A stretch of DNA of 64,000 bases, taken from assembly GCA_002633005.1 (NCBI GenBank), contig NMRA01000004.1, forward strand, positions 1,245,793 through 1,309,792. The letters are read 5' to 3'. Below the pieces are notes generated by a model. It saw nothing but the letters and a program-made list of their open reading frames with translations, had not been told where the DNA came from and made no database searches. Origin of the DNA: Phoronis australis. Its lineage: Eukaryota; Animalia; Phoronida. A program made the translations under genes and the position numbers. This document shows positions 11,491-23,627 of this stretch, one piece after another; within the stretch, counting starts at the first letter, position 1, and the number at the start of each line of letters is the position of its first letter.

Positions 11491-14400
11491 TGCTATAGTG
11501 ATATTAGACTTCCCTTTAAATCCCCCGGTCCTACCCTATCTCCTCATCCTCTGAGATGGGTAGGTGGGTAATTAAATTTTGTTTTTTCCGCTTTTCATTG
11601 TGGGAGCGGGCTCATTTTTGTTTCAAAAGTATTTGGATCTTGTAAATGAAAAAAAAAATTCTTGGACACGTTGCAAATAAAGATTATATGAGTGGTGCGC
11701 TTTCAACCCCTTGCTACGTCGAGGTAAACGTACTGCTGCAGAACTGCCTCCCGTGCATGTATTTTTAGAGAGAACACATGACTTAAGCTAGATTTCAGGT
11801 AGATCCTAGCGTTACTGAACGCACGCGACGTGAAGTGCTTCCTGGAGTCTGCCACAGTGGGAAGTGCTTCCTGGGGTCTGTTTCATGATAGCTGGCTTAG
11901 GCTTAAAACTGACCTCTAGTCTTCTACTCCAAATAACTATTTCAGAAAAATAAACCGTCTCGTTGCAACAGTCTCGGAGAATATTCCTATAATGGTTAAT
12001 TATGAGGATAATTTCATTAAATATAACTATGATATGATGTGCTGCTAACAATTTCATTACAAAAACTTTACTCAGTACTAGCGATGTGGGAGCGTAATAC
12101 ATTTTTCTGACTTAGGCGTTTTAAGACACTTTTCATGAAACGGTGGTTTAGAAAGAGCTGCAGTTCGTTACAACTAACTCCAGCTCAGTCCGTATTCCAG
12201 ATGATATCGGTTTCCAGAGGCCTGATGCCGATCTTTCTTTTGTTGATCTCCAGGCTCAGTCTTCTCTGATGCCACGATGCAAACGCCAATTATCTGCCGT
12301 GCTGAATTACTATATGTGAACACGCATCCACTAGTCAAAACTGTTGTCAACAAACTCTTCTCAGCGTTTTGGCCTTTGTTCATGTTTCTTCCACGAAAGA
12401 AGAATTCTGCGCTAACTTTTCACAAGAAATTCAATTTCAGAAGCCAAACGCTTTAAAAAAATCACCAGTTTCTGTCCTTGACTTTTCAATTTATTGACAA
12501 ACTGTCGCAGTACATGAAATTGCGACAGTTTGTATAAACCTTAGAAGTGCAAGCTGTTGTAAGGTGAAAACAAATCTATAACGGCGTCAAAAACAAACAG
12601 AATGAAGAAATACAGAACCTACCTTAAATACTAGGTCGCTGACATTAAAGAGGTCTCGAACGCGAAAAAAATAAATTGCATTCTTCAAAGTTGTTCTCTG
12701 CCATCGAAACAGAATTCAACCTGTTACCAGGTATTTTTTGCAATTTATTCGTAAAAAAATTCTGTTGATGTCGAAGCATATTTTTGTCTTAGTTTCAAAT
12801 TTTAAAAAACGATTTGTCAACTGCTCGTTTTTTCTCCCTCACGTCTGATATGGCAAGATATAGACGCAGATGTGACCCTTGACCTATGATGGAACAAATC
12901 AATGGCGATTTCAAGCTGCAGTTAGTTCGATTAAGAAGCAATTGATGTAAGTCCTAACTGTTTAAAACTAGTTAAGCAGGTATCGTAGTATTCAAATATA
13001 TTCTAAAATGCACTTAAAATTATTTTTGGGAAATCACTTACTTCACCGGCTTGCCTCATACTGTGCTGTCGACTTCAGATTCGGTGTGCGATCTCACATG
13101 ATAATCTGCCGTTAATATCCATCTTATCGGTCAGCTGTTTGTCGAACGACTGTGAACGAATGCGTGTATTTAATGGGAGGGAGATTAGAAACTCTGTGGC
13201 GACCATAGAGTTTTACCTTCAAAAAATTGTGAATTTTGGGATTTTTTTCTGGAAATTTCCTTACTAATGGACGTTGCCAGATATCACTTTCGTCTGGAAT
13301 TATTTAAAAGATATTTTTGATGAGCTTTCGCGTTCCATGCCTCTTTATGTTTGCCTGGGTCTTCAGCATGCCGTTCATATTCTAGTTGTCACATCCATCC
13401 CGGCCCGAAAGTCGCAGTTTTCAGGAATTACGTCGTCATTATTAAATTGTCACTGGTACTCTTGTCTTGTGTCACAGTGCGTTATAGTTTTCGCCTAGCG
13501 GCGTGGAAGGGGTTTTAGCCCTTCAGGACAGAGGTCCTTCGAATTTGCTCTTTCCCCTGTCTTCAGCCATTTTCATGACTTGTCCAAACTGTCACGGCAC
13601 CCTGCTTAGCTGGATAAAAACGAAATTCTAAACAATTCAACTGGTCTCGCGGAAGTCCTTACCGCCGATACTATTCCATTTCTGTTACCACTGACGAGAA
13701 CGCGGAAAACATCAGTGACTCAAGGACACTTCAAACGACTTTTGCCATGGGGTTTGTTAACCACAAAATTGACGGAAATGGCGCTGATTTGGCAACGTAA
13801 GTAGAATCCTATCGTGGAAAACATGGTAAGGCCGATTCTAGTAGACTAAATGGCCTAAATTGGTTTTCGTTTTTTAGCCAGCGATAAACATGGGGAAATA
13901 TAGTTTTAACTATGTTAATGACAACAACATGGCATCCGAAAGCTTTGACTTGCTGACTGATGATTATTAGGGATCTGTGTAAACAACTGACAGGCTTGGT
14001 AGGCAATGGCAAACGTGTCTGGATTTGGGTTAGCGGGCTATCTGCCAACTCTCGTCGCGAATATGTCGCGGAAATCGACATTTCGTGTAGAAGCGGCTGA
14101 AAATCGTTCACCAAAGAATCGTTTTAAGTCGGAATTGTGAAATTTTCGAGTTTAAAAGTAGCAGAAATGAAGCCCAGTTATCAAAAGCATAAATGCCCAC
14201 TTAGCACTGCTTTTGATGCCCGAAATCATAAGAAGATGTCACGTCATGTATGCATTTTTCGTCTGAAACTTTTTGTCAGCTCAGTTAGACATAATATAGG
14301 TTTTGCGTACAGCACTGACGAATTAGCAACTGAAAATGCAGTAGTTTGAGTGTTACGACAGTTTGTGCAAACCTATTAATCAAAAAGTGTCTAAGTTCGT

Positions 14401-14546
14401 GTTTAGAGAATCGCGATAATTTGATGTCTAACAGGTCGTCATGATGTTCGGCGCACGCAATGAGCGCCAGTACCGAGACAACTAGTTAGTGAGCATGTAC
14501 CAAGTATCAATTCATTCTAAATACACCACCTCTCATTTCCCTTGAC

Positions 14547-15750
14547 CAGGGGCGTCGAGAGAAAATGGGGCTTCGGAGCAACACGATACCTGGTCCCCTG
14601 ACCTGGAGTGAGTTTTGTGGGCTTTCCAAGCAGCAAAAAAAATTGAATGATTGAGCCAACATCCATCGGGATCGGCTCCCACATAAAAAGAACTCCTAAG
14701 CTTTTCAGTCGATTTTGGTACATGGTGGAACAGCCGAGAGAACATTCTTCATTCTTTACGTAATAGAAATATTCCTCTGTCCAGAATGTATAATATGAGG
14801 AGCAAAATTCTTTGAAACATACATTTACATGTAGACAACTAAATCGTTACCTTGTTAACATTTTCGGCCTCCAGGGTTCGGCGGACATTTTCAAACCGTT
14901 TGTTTCAGTACCTGTAGGTGGCTAAGTCGTTACCTTGTTACCAAGGCTACCAAACCCGGTTCTGGCCAATTAGCAGAGAATAAATAAAAACGACTTTCCA
15001 TTCCAGTTCTCTGAAACAAAATAACGTTTTAACGCTCGATAACCCTCAAAAGTATGAAGGAAATTTTAAAAATTCCTTTCAAAGTCTGCTTAACGGGCAA
15101 ACGTGATCTGCGGGTTTTCATGCGACGAGTGAAGTAGTTTCTTTCGATAAGTTCGGGTTTGGTCTTCTGTGTTTTCTTCAGGTGTCTCTCTTGTCTCGTC
15201 TCCAAAAACCTTTCTTTTGGCGTCTTTTCTCAATCAGCTACTATGGCCTCGACGTTGTCTCTCAAGTCCTTGAGGTCATGATGATGTCTAGTAATGAATT
15301 CTACTTCAATGTCTAAGGCGGTATCCTTTGCTTGCAACACTTTGTTTCTCATGTCGACTACTGTAAGAACTTTCACCCGTGAAGAGGCCATGGCAGCACA
15401 TACCAAAGACTTAAGGTAGGTCTAACCTTGTTTCTACGGAATAGTTCATGACATGCTGCGGAGAGTACCCCCTGAGATGAGTTTTAGAACTTCCCATCGT
15501 CGATATACTTCTCTTGGGAAACTTGCTTCTCTCAGAACAGTTAAGCTCCCCTTCATCACTGCCCAGAATTAAGCAAATTACTGCGATAAGAGAGTATTTG
15601 TAATCTTCATAAACTTAAAAAATAACCTAATTACTGCACACTTTAATGTGTAATTTCGTAAAAAATATCTTATTGTACCGCTTTTTTGTTTTTTATTACT
15701 TCGCTGGCGGGTCCCTTGACCCACACNGTTCTCCCCTCTCCACGCCACTG
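14547..15750 (-). mobile_element. Internally deleted hAT element with 8-bp TSD
   Basis: TIRs CAGGGGCGTCGAGAG and CTCTCCACGCCACTG; TSD CCCTTGAC/CCCTTGAT. Minus-strand ZMYM1-like transposase remnant (NKVLQAKDTALDI..KDLRDN) at ~15150-15400. Confidence 0.85.
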
Positions 15751-16686
15751 CCCTTGATGGCAATTGTATCGGTGGCTGAATCTCACTGGGCGTGATAAGA
15801 AACTTAGGGGGCCTGGACTGTAGATGCGAACTATCGTTTCGAATGCGCAAACCTGCAAGGCCTATTGCGCGCTTGAGACTGGAACGGGGCAAGGGACTTA
15901 ATTTAAACCAACTCTTTCTTTAATTTCGAAAATGTCCGAATGAGCACCCCGATTGTCTGTTTTTAACACCCCTGTAGAAACAAGGGCGTTCTTTCGGAAA
16001 CGAGTTACTTTTTGAATCGCGGCTAGGTGTAACCGCACGCCATGCAAGGTATTTGAGTAACATTCCATTAAAGGTGAAGATATGTAGTGTCACTCCATCC
16101 ACACAATTGGCATGAAAAATAACATTTTGAGACCCAAAATAGAATCTTCCGTTCATCGTCGTAAACGAAAAAGTTACATGTCAGACTAAAAATTCAAATT
16201 TTCACTCACAGCTTTTTAAGATTCGGTTCGTCAAATTTCTTCTAGTTTTGAATAAGCGCTCTTTCGGAAGGGAAATGAAATTGTAAAGAAATGTAAAGTC
16301 ATTTGCCGGGCCCTCTCACAAGGGGCAGTTTGAAAGAAATTCCAAATAGAGGTTAGCACAAGCCAACGTTCTTCAATGGCCAAAGGCCATGTCCCGAGCT
16401 TTCTCGTGTCTGCCTTGTAGTCTATCACAACACAGATGTGCTTTACACCCACACAAACAAAAAGTGTAAACAATCGCAAACTCGTCAAGTGTTCCCGCAA
16501 TGGTATGTATTTGGAATCGGCTAAGTGTAACTAGTTTGTATTTTCCCCAGAAAGATTTGTTCAATTCTAATTGCACTTTCTCAGAAAGATTTTAAACAAC
16601 GACTGGTTGTTATTTTAAAGCGTATTTTTAAATGATGTGGTGTGTATATTTCCAGAGCATCAATTTCGAGCATGGTTGTACGCAAT

Positions 16687-17080
16687 AGGGTCGTCGCGGA
16701 TTACACAGAAGTAAAACTCTCCTCTTCTCCTGGAGGTAAAAAGTGGGTTGTTTTCATTGACCTTGCTTTGGCATGTCATGCACATTGTCATAAGAAAAGT
16801 CGGAAATCGAACTTAACATCACACACATCCGATCCACGGGTATTTGTAAAATCCATCCAATTTCTCCAGTCGCAGTTTCAGTCCACAGCACAACAGTAAT
16901 ACTTCGTTGGGATTGGAAGGACAAATAGAGTTATGTAGCCCAGAAAAACTTGTAAAGAATACAACCAACAACAAATTACGTGGAATGAAAACAAGGTGCA
17001 AAAGCCCCTGACGGATATTGGCGGCACTCTGAATAAATTGAGCGAGATTCGAGTGTCGCTGTGTAATCTGGGACGGTGCT
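16687..17080. mobile_element. MITE with ~23-bp TIRs flanked by AT (ISL2EU/Harbinger-like); inverted sister copy at ~51317-51700
   Basis: caat-AGGGTCGTCGCGGATTACACAG ... CTGTGTAATCTGGGACGGTGCT-attg. Internal similarity to 51317-51700 (the YTATLESR.IY translation is shared). Confidence 0.7.
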
Positions 17081-17551
17081 ATTGGTTCTCGTATAGGCGC
17101 ACGTGCTTAATTCAGAACATAGGCGTACCTTCGAATATAGGCACGTGGTCCTAAAAACGCGCATATGTGGTGAAGATACTTGGGAGCATCGGTCATTGAA
17201 TTTCGTAATAACTGGTACCCCGCTATAAAAAATCTTAGAAACATTTCTTAAGCAGAAATGTCATTCGCTAAGGTTTACATTTTCAGTACTTCAGTGATCC
17301 CACCTTTTACTAAAAGACTAGATAAATATCTATTCACGTCGTTATCGATCTGGAATTCTGATTTGGATATATAGTTTCAACCCGCTGCAAATCAATAAAT
17401 TCACGAATATGTGAGCCAAAGAGTCGTCACTTTTCGACTATCGACCCATCAGACTATCGTGGGCCTTTCGCACTATTGTTCCTTCGAGCTATTGCCCGAG
17501 GGAATTTTATTTCAGACTCTCAGCCCTTCGGACCAATGTTCCTTGAGAGTA

Positions 17552-17770
17552 TCAAACCAACCCCGGACTAATTTGTGCTTTTTGTGCATGCAAGAGTGTG
17601 ACATATGAACCTATCCAGCGCCAGTGTGACATGTCCACCAACACACCAGTTCCTTGTACAACCTTGTGCCATATCCGCGCTTTTCTGGTGTCCCGCGGAA
17701 AAGTGAAAAGAGTCGCAGTCTGTTCAGATGATAAGTTGTCACAACCACAACAAAGGCAACGCTTCGCCAT
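17552..17770 (-). pseudogene. THAP zinc-finger N-terminal remnant, probably transposon-derived
   Basis: MAKRCLCCGCDN..LFTFPRD..ARIWHKVVQGT shows the THAP C-x-C, FP and W signature; the CxxHF half is degenerate. Confidence 0.7.
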
Positions 17771-19388
17771 TCTTTATTATACCATAAACCACGGGAAAAC
17801 GAGCAGCAGTATTTGATTTTTCACACTAAACACAATAGAGGATTCTGTGATTGGCTGCTAATTGTCCCGATTTTACGTGATATGGTGATATACATCGATC
17901 ATTGAATGCTAGTAACTAGAGATCAGCTTAATATTATCATATCGTAAGATGATGTTTGCGGTTGTTCTAATTGCACAGATGATCGACTGGTGTTTTTCGC
18001 TTACTAATGTGGTCTAGTATGAAGTATTTTCTCGAATTTGCCGCCACTGAACTTGTACATTATTTATAAAGATTTAGACAAAGGTTTCGACTTTTATGGA
18101 TCTTGCTAAAGCATTCGACTCTAATGGCAACAAAATTTCCCCAAACGGCCATGCGCGTGTTTTCAAGAGGAAGGTGGTTTCAAATTTACTGAAAAAGAAA
18201 ATGACAGTTTGTTCGCCGTGATAAAATTACTTCGTACTGTCTCTATATCCTACCTGTGTAGCACAGGGATCAATGTAACCTTTCGTTCAAGTCTCCATTG
18301 GGTGGTCGCTAATTAGGTTTGCGATCACTTGTACTGGTGACATTTACAACAAAAGAAAAAACATTGGTTGAATTTTCTTGATATTTTCAATAAATAAATA
18401 ACAGAAAATTTACCAGCTAGGAGTATAAGCGTTGCACATAAAATGTCCACTGAGCCCTGAACCTCAGCATAAAAATACTATAATACACCCACTATGTAAT
18501 GCCATGTACAACAATCTAGGCTGCGTCATTGTTGTTACAAACCAATACTGAATAAGTTGTAAATGATGAAATAACAGGTAAAGACTTGTGCAAGGTCATG
18601 AAGATTTATATATTTTAATGTTAATGTCATCGACCTCTTTGTGGATAATGAAAGTCGACGATTCATGTGCATCCGACGGTCAGAGCATTGTGGGATACTC
18701 CGTGTCATTTAATCCAGAATTCAGAATGTAACACTTAGGCAATCGTCTGCTCGGTAAGGTGGAGTTGCTTTAGGATAGATGTCGCTCGTTTACTTGCATC
18801 TATGATAAACTGAAATTTTGCCTGCTTGATACACCACTCAATTGAAATGATGTGTCTCAGTAATCGTGGTGTTGCTCGGGATGATTGGTTTCCCTCTCGC
18901 TATCCGTAAAGAGGTTAATAACTTTTGTTTTGATTCGGCTTGAATTACGTCTGACAATTCATTGACAACGAAACCAACTAAATATGAATATCGAGTTAGG
19001 TAAAAATTTCGAAACTGAGTTCTGTTTCATGGAATTTGTGTGTCCCTTGATTCATCAAATAAAGAGTCCGAAGAAAAGATCGATTAGTTTAATTCATTGA
19101 AAAAGTGAAACACAGTGCCAAATGAAGCGGATATGCAATGGTGATGTAAAGTCAAGCTACAAAAAATTGTTCAACGCAACTTTAAACTCATTTTGTGGTT
19201 AATTTGTGTTTCCAAAAATAAATTTAACCAATTGAGGTTTTTTTCAGACACCGTGTCTTTTTGTTCTATTTACATTTGTCACAACGTCATTTTATCTAGT
19301 TCCTAAACCTGAAATACGTAACTTCTCACTGTCGATATCCCGCGTCTTTTAAAACCAAGTTCAGTCACCAGAGCCGCTTTGTCTCCAA

Positions 19389-19531
19389 GGCACGGTTGCA
19401 TAAAAGTTATACGCTGCATAGCAACAATGACGTCGCATTATCACGCGCCACGTTGTTATTGTTGAACAATGCACCTGACGTCATGCAACAAACAAACAGG
19501 GAATAATTTTTAAGTTCTATGCAACCCAGCC
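19389..19531. mobile_element. Harbinger-type MITE, same family as 7908-8031
   Basis: GGCACGGTTGCATAAAAGTTA ... TATGCAACCCAGCC-ctg. Confidence 0.75.
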
Positions 19532-19933
19532 CTGATTGTTTTTGAAAATATCGACAGGCTATCACACTCTCTGATTGGTTATATTACAAGACGCTAATTT
19601 AAACAAATTTTGGGTAAGCAAGAATGGCGAACGCTTCTTTCTGCTCAATAATTTTCGCCAAAAAGATGTCGTCTTTATTCGGATGTTTAGTGATGACGTG
19701 TCGTGGCAGTGGATGACGCAATTTGGACCCGAAAATAAGAGTAGACACGTCGCCACACTGGGGCCAAAACGTCATGCTAACCATTCCTATTGTTACGTAT
19801 TTCTTCTCACTATTTCTTCCACTTTAACGATCATGAAGACATTGAGTATTGCCATGTGGTTACCACCCTTTAGTGTCACCTTGATAGAAGGAATTTGCTT
19901 CGCCGGTTAGTAATTTCACTTTCGAAGGTTAAC

Positions 19934-19939
19934 TTTATT
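19934..19939 (-). terminator. Probable NPF polyadenylation signal
   Basis: tttatt on + equals AATAAA on -, about 300 nt after the predicted stop. Confidence 0.5.
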
Positions 19940-20243
19940 TCACATTGGTTCCAATGACACTCAGATGAACCAGGGAAATCTGTTCTCTTGTCGGTGTTCT
20001 AGCGCCAGTTACCTCTTCCATGGCGTTCTTCCCGGGTGGAAATTGATAAGCACGATTGAAAACGTTCACTCGATGAAGATATTGCGGCCGTCTTGACATC
20101 ATCTTGACGGCGGAGGCACCAGCAGCGAATTTTTTAAATTAACGACGTACAGAAATAACCACGCTGCTTGTAATGCAAAAATAACCTGAACTCCACCACA
20201 GCCTAGAATATCTTGCTTGTGTGTAGGAGTATACTATCAAATC

Positions 20244-20278
20244 TCAAGACGGCTTTTCCAAGAGCTTTTCCTGACGAA
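20244..20278 (-). CDS. NPF: NPF precursor, probable last coding exon: (V)RQEKLLEKPS*, followed by ~0.3 kb 3' UTR
   Basis: Acceptor attccag with upstream cttgac branch-like motif, phase-compatible with the 21174 donor. AATAAA lies on the minus strand at 19939-19934. Gives a 98-aa precursor. Confidence 0.6.
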
Positions 20279-21173
20279 CTGGAATGTTTCGATTGTCAAG
20301 TAATTATGCAGAAACGTTTCTTTCAACAAGGTCGGTCAATACATGCGATACAATGGGACGTATTCTGAAACAAAAAAGTTGACGTTTGCATTTACTACAA
20401 AAACAGATAAATAAAGATTTGAACAAACAGATCTAATATTTTACAGCAGTCGAAGGTCCTCGGTACATTCTCATATGAACATTTGTTAGTTAGTGATTGT
20501 ACAAAAATCATTATCTTCATCTAGGAAGCTTTGCGGGTACCTGTATGCGTAAAATTTACGAAGAAAAGTAAGATGTAAAAACGGGTGATTAGGCGAGCTC
20601 TTGCTAGAATTTTGTCACGTCAGCGACACAATAGTGTACACGCTGTTAAATGTTAAGCCACACCTGTGTTCCGTAGACACATTCAAACTGGCGAAAACAC
20701 AAAATCACCCAAGAGGTAACAAGATGTCGCCATGCATTACAAACGAAGCACGCGATCACGTGAAATGCTTGTGTCTACGGAACGCAGCCCGCGTGTGCAA
20801 GCTTAAGCGCTTTTGTTCAGTGTAGGCTACGGTGCGTTCTGAAATTGTGTAAATTGACATTGGGAATAGCCTTGACGAAGACAAGTAAGCGACAATATTA
20901 CTAAAAACAACAAGATTTTTCGGCATGTTTCGATGTCTCAAACATCATCCTCAGGACAAGCAATCAAGGCCATCCAACAATCTTGACTCATGCAGTGTAC
21001 AGTAAAGCTATCAGCACGCATCATAGCAACTCAACATCAAGGACAATTCATAAGACCAGTGGTAGCCTGCTGTGCACCAGTAGCTTATTCAGTTCAGGCT
21101 TGAGACAACTGATGTAAATAACTCACGGATTTTGAGTGCAATCAGCAAATGCTTTACTATTCCCGACATTTAC

Positions 21174-21253
21174 CTTCATCTAAGACATCATCAGGACTAA
21201 GGAGTTGCAACAATGACATTTCTGATTTCTGATGCTGATTTCGCTTCCCAAAC
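21174..21253 (-). CDS. NPF: NPF precursor, second coding exon: (R)FGKR amidation/cleavage site plus C-terminal peptide
   Basis: attccag/G TTT GGG AAG CGA completes RPRF-GKR in the correct phase, followed by NQHQKSEMSLLQLLSPDDVLDE. Donor GAAG/gtaaat at 21174; read-through instead gives GKCRE* (TAG 21159-21157). Confidence 0.92.
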
Positions 21254-21389
21254 CTGGAATGTGAAGAAATTGTTGTTACTACTACATTTTTAAAGCGATA
21301 AGGATGGAAAGTGTGACGTCACTGTTTTGAGGGTAGTCTCAGAGATTCCGCCATCTTGAATCTACCTCTTACCGCTTATCTGCCTCCCA

Positions 21390-21507
21390 TTCAGTAACGC
21401 TAGGACCTCGCTAAAAAGCAAGACTTCGCGAGATTACGTGAGATAGTGCTGTGCATTTTAAATGAGAGCACGTTTTAGCTAGGTCCTAGCGTCTACTGAA
21501 CGCACGC
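21390..21507. repeat. Small inverted-repeat element; one arm recurs at ~11800-11827
   Basis: TTCAGTAACGCTAGGACCTCGCTAAAA ... TTTTAGCTAGGTCCTAGCGTCTACTGAA. Confidence 0.65.
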
Positions 21508-23064
21508 CTGGTTCACCAGCAAAGGCTACGTAGGACCCTAGAACAACGTCCAACTTTGGAACATCATTCCTTAAAAATGGCTGTTCACTTTTATATGAAA
21601 CTTTCGCATGCTATGCTTCATACGATGTTCTCTAAAACCTTTTCACGTTGATCTGTTTTTAGAATGCTCCACTTTTTCATGGTTATAATGAAAAAAATCT
21701 TTCCATAAAATGAAAACGAAATCGTGACCCTCTTTTCTACAAAATGTTACTAAAAAGACGAGGTCACGTGATCCAGTTAAAGACCGTTATAAATCAAATT
21801 TTATAGGCTCTCAAAGTTCAGAAAATATAAACGTTTACAGTTAGTTTCTATAATTTTCTAGATAATGGTGTAAATGCTCAGATTTGTCGATAAGATCCTA
21901 TAAAAGCTTAGAAAACACATGGTTGATATGTATACTGTATGATTCGTAGATGCTATGTCCAGAGTTTAAAAAAACTTATTTTTAATGAACTTTTTCGTTA
22001 GAAGAAATGTGCTAGTGCAAGGAAACGGGCCACCGCCACGTTGTTTGTCTCTAAACTCCTTTAGTCACTAAGGGTGTGACGTTGTCAGCAAATACCACGA
22101 TTGTTTCAGTGAACACCAATTCTGTAGAACCAAGTACTAAAAACTAACACGCCTATTCAAAACTGAAGTAAAAAAAAATCAATTCAACATTAACGGTTTT
22201 CAACTGCAGGTACCATTTATGCAAGTGGGTTACCTAAGACAAAAATTTCGCAGAATAAAAACCATTGACAGCTAAAGACCACATAATCATGAAACGAAAC
22301 ACAAATTAGAAAATTATAGGAAATTAAAGAGCAATATCGACTTTTATTTGTCTCCCTAATTGCTGACATAAAACTGATTGCATTTGACTGCTACGTAGTC
22401 GGAAACATTGCTTGTAAGTACAATTTTGCGATAGTCGTCACGTGGCCAATGACAATAATTTAATTTTCTGTCCCAGGTGCTTGCACGGACGTTTTTACTG
22501 AAAACCATTTACCTGGTTAGTACACATGTAAGTTTAAAGAAACATCGGTAAAATCAAATTGTGGATAAATGTATACATTTAATCTAAATATTGCTAAACG
22601 GTTTTGAACCGCAGGTGGTGTAATTTAGCACCTTAAAAGTGATTTGCTCCGCATTACACTACGAACATCCCAATTTGAATATGAGTACAACAAAACAATT
22701 GAAAATTATACTCTAAGTAATCGGATAATTGAAAAAAAAAACTATACTACTAACATATGATTCTCCATTTTCACAATACGGTTTGCAAAAAGTAAGATTG
22801 TTAGCAAATTACCAAATGTCGTTCGTTTTGGCTATTTATCACGATAACTTAAGAAACGCAGTTTGTGTAAATGATATATAACCTAGACATGTGAGTGTTT
22901 CAAACGCTTTCAACTGTACAATGGCGTTCGTTCTTTAAGAAAGAATATCAATGTAACATATATTCGACCAAAATATTCCACAAATTCCATTTCTCAACGC
23001 TTTACAAATTACTGCCGTCGCGTCACTCGCCATTACTAATCTCAAAATGAACATACTAAGTTAA

Positions 23065-23627
23065 AGTGACATAGAACGCAAAAATATACCAGATTGCATT
23101 ATTTAGTGATGTCACTGAAACAAAAGTCAAACTGTTCACCTGGTATTTTTACGGCTTGTTGATAAAGATTTTGAATTTCTGTTGATGTTAAAGCATTTTT
23201 CCTTTAGTTTTACATCTCGAAAAAACGACCCGTCAACTGTTCGTTACTTCATCGATTTTTCTCCCACAAGGCAAAGCACGTCTCCTTATTTGGCATGGCA
23301 AGACATAGATGTAGCGCAATTCCCTGATATGGGAGAGGTGACCTTATGCCGTCGATGTAACCAAAACAACGGCGATTATGCACTTGGGAAACTGAGTAGT
23401 TTTTTGAGCGCATGCGCGAATATATGTCATCAGGGGCGGAGAATTTGAAAACTGTATTGAGATGAAAGAGCTTATATTTCGTCTGAGTTTCAAAAAATAG
23501 TGACTCTGACGATTTTATTTAAAATTTTTTGCAATACTCAAAGTGAATAACTGTCATGTCAGCATCCCCAAGAAGTAGATATGCCACGGTCTGTTGCATT
23601 TTTACGAGTTTTCGCGTTTCGGGCCTC
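23065..23627. mobile_element. Kolobok-type non-autonomous element in an NPF intron; a related left end lies at ~12647
   Basis: TTAA-AGTGACATAGAACGCAAAAA ... TTTTCGCGTTTCGGGCCTC-TTAA. ttaaagaggtctcgaacgcgaaaa occurs at ~12647. Confidence 0.6.

Noticed and set aside
19260-19310. Alternative NPF last exon (tttcag/GTTTAGGAACTAGATAA, giving GLGTR*)
   Set aside because: Phase-compatible, but it lies beyond the AATAAA at 19934; the 20278 exon is the simpler model. Not fully excluded.
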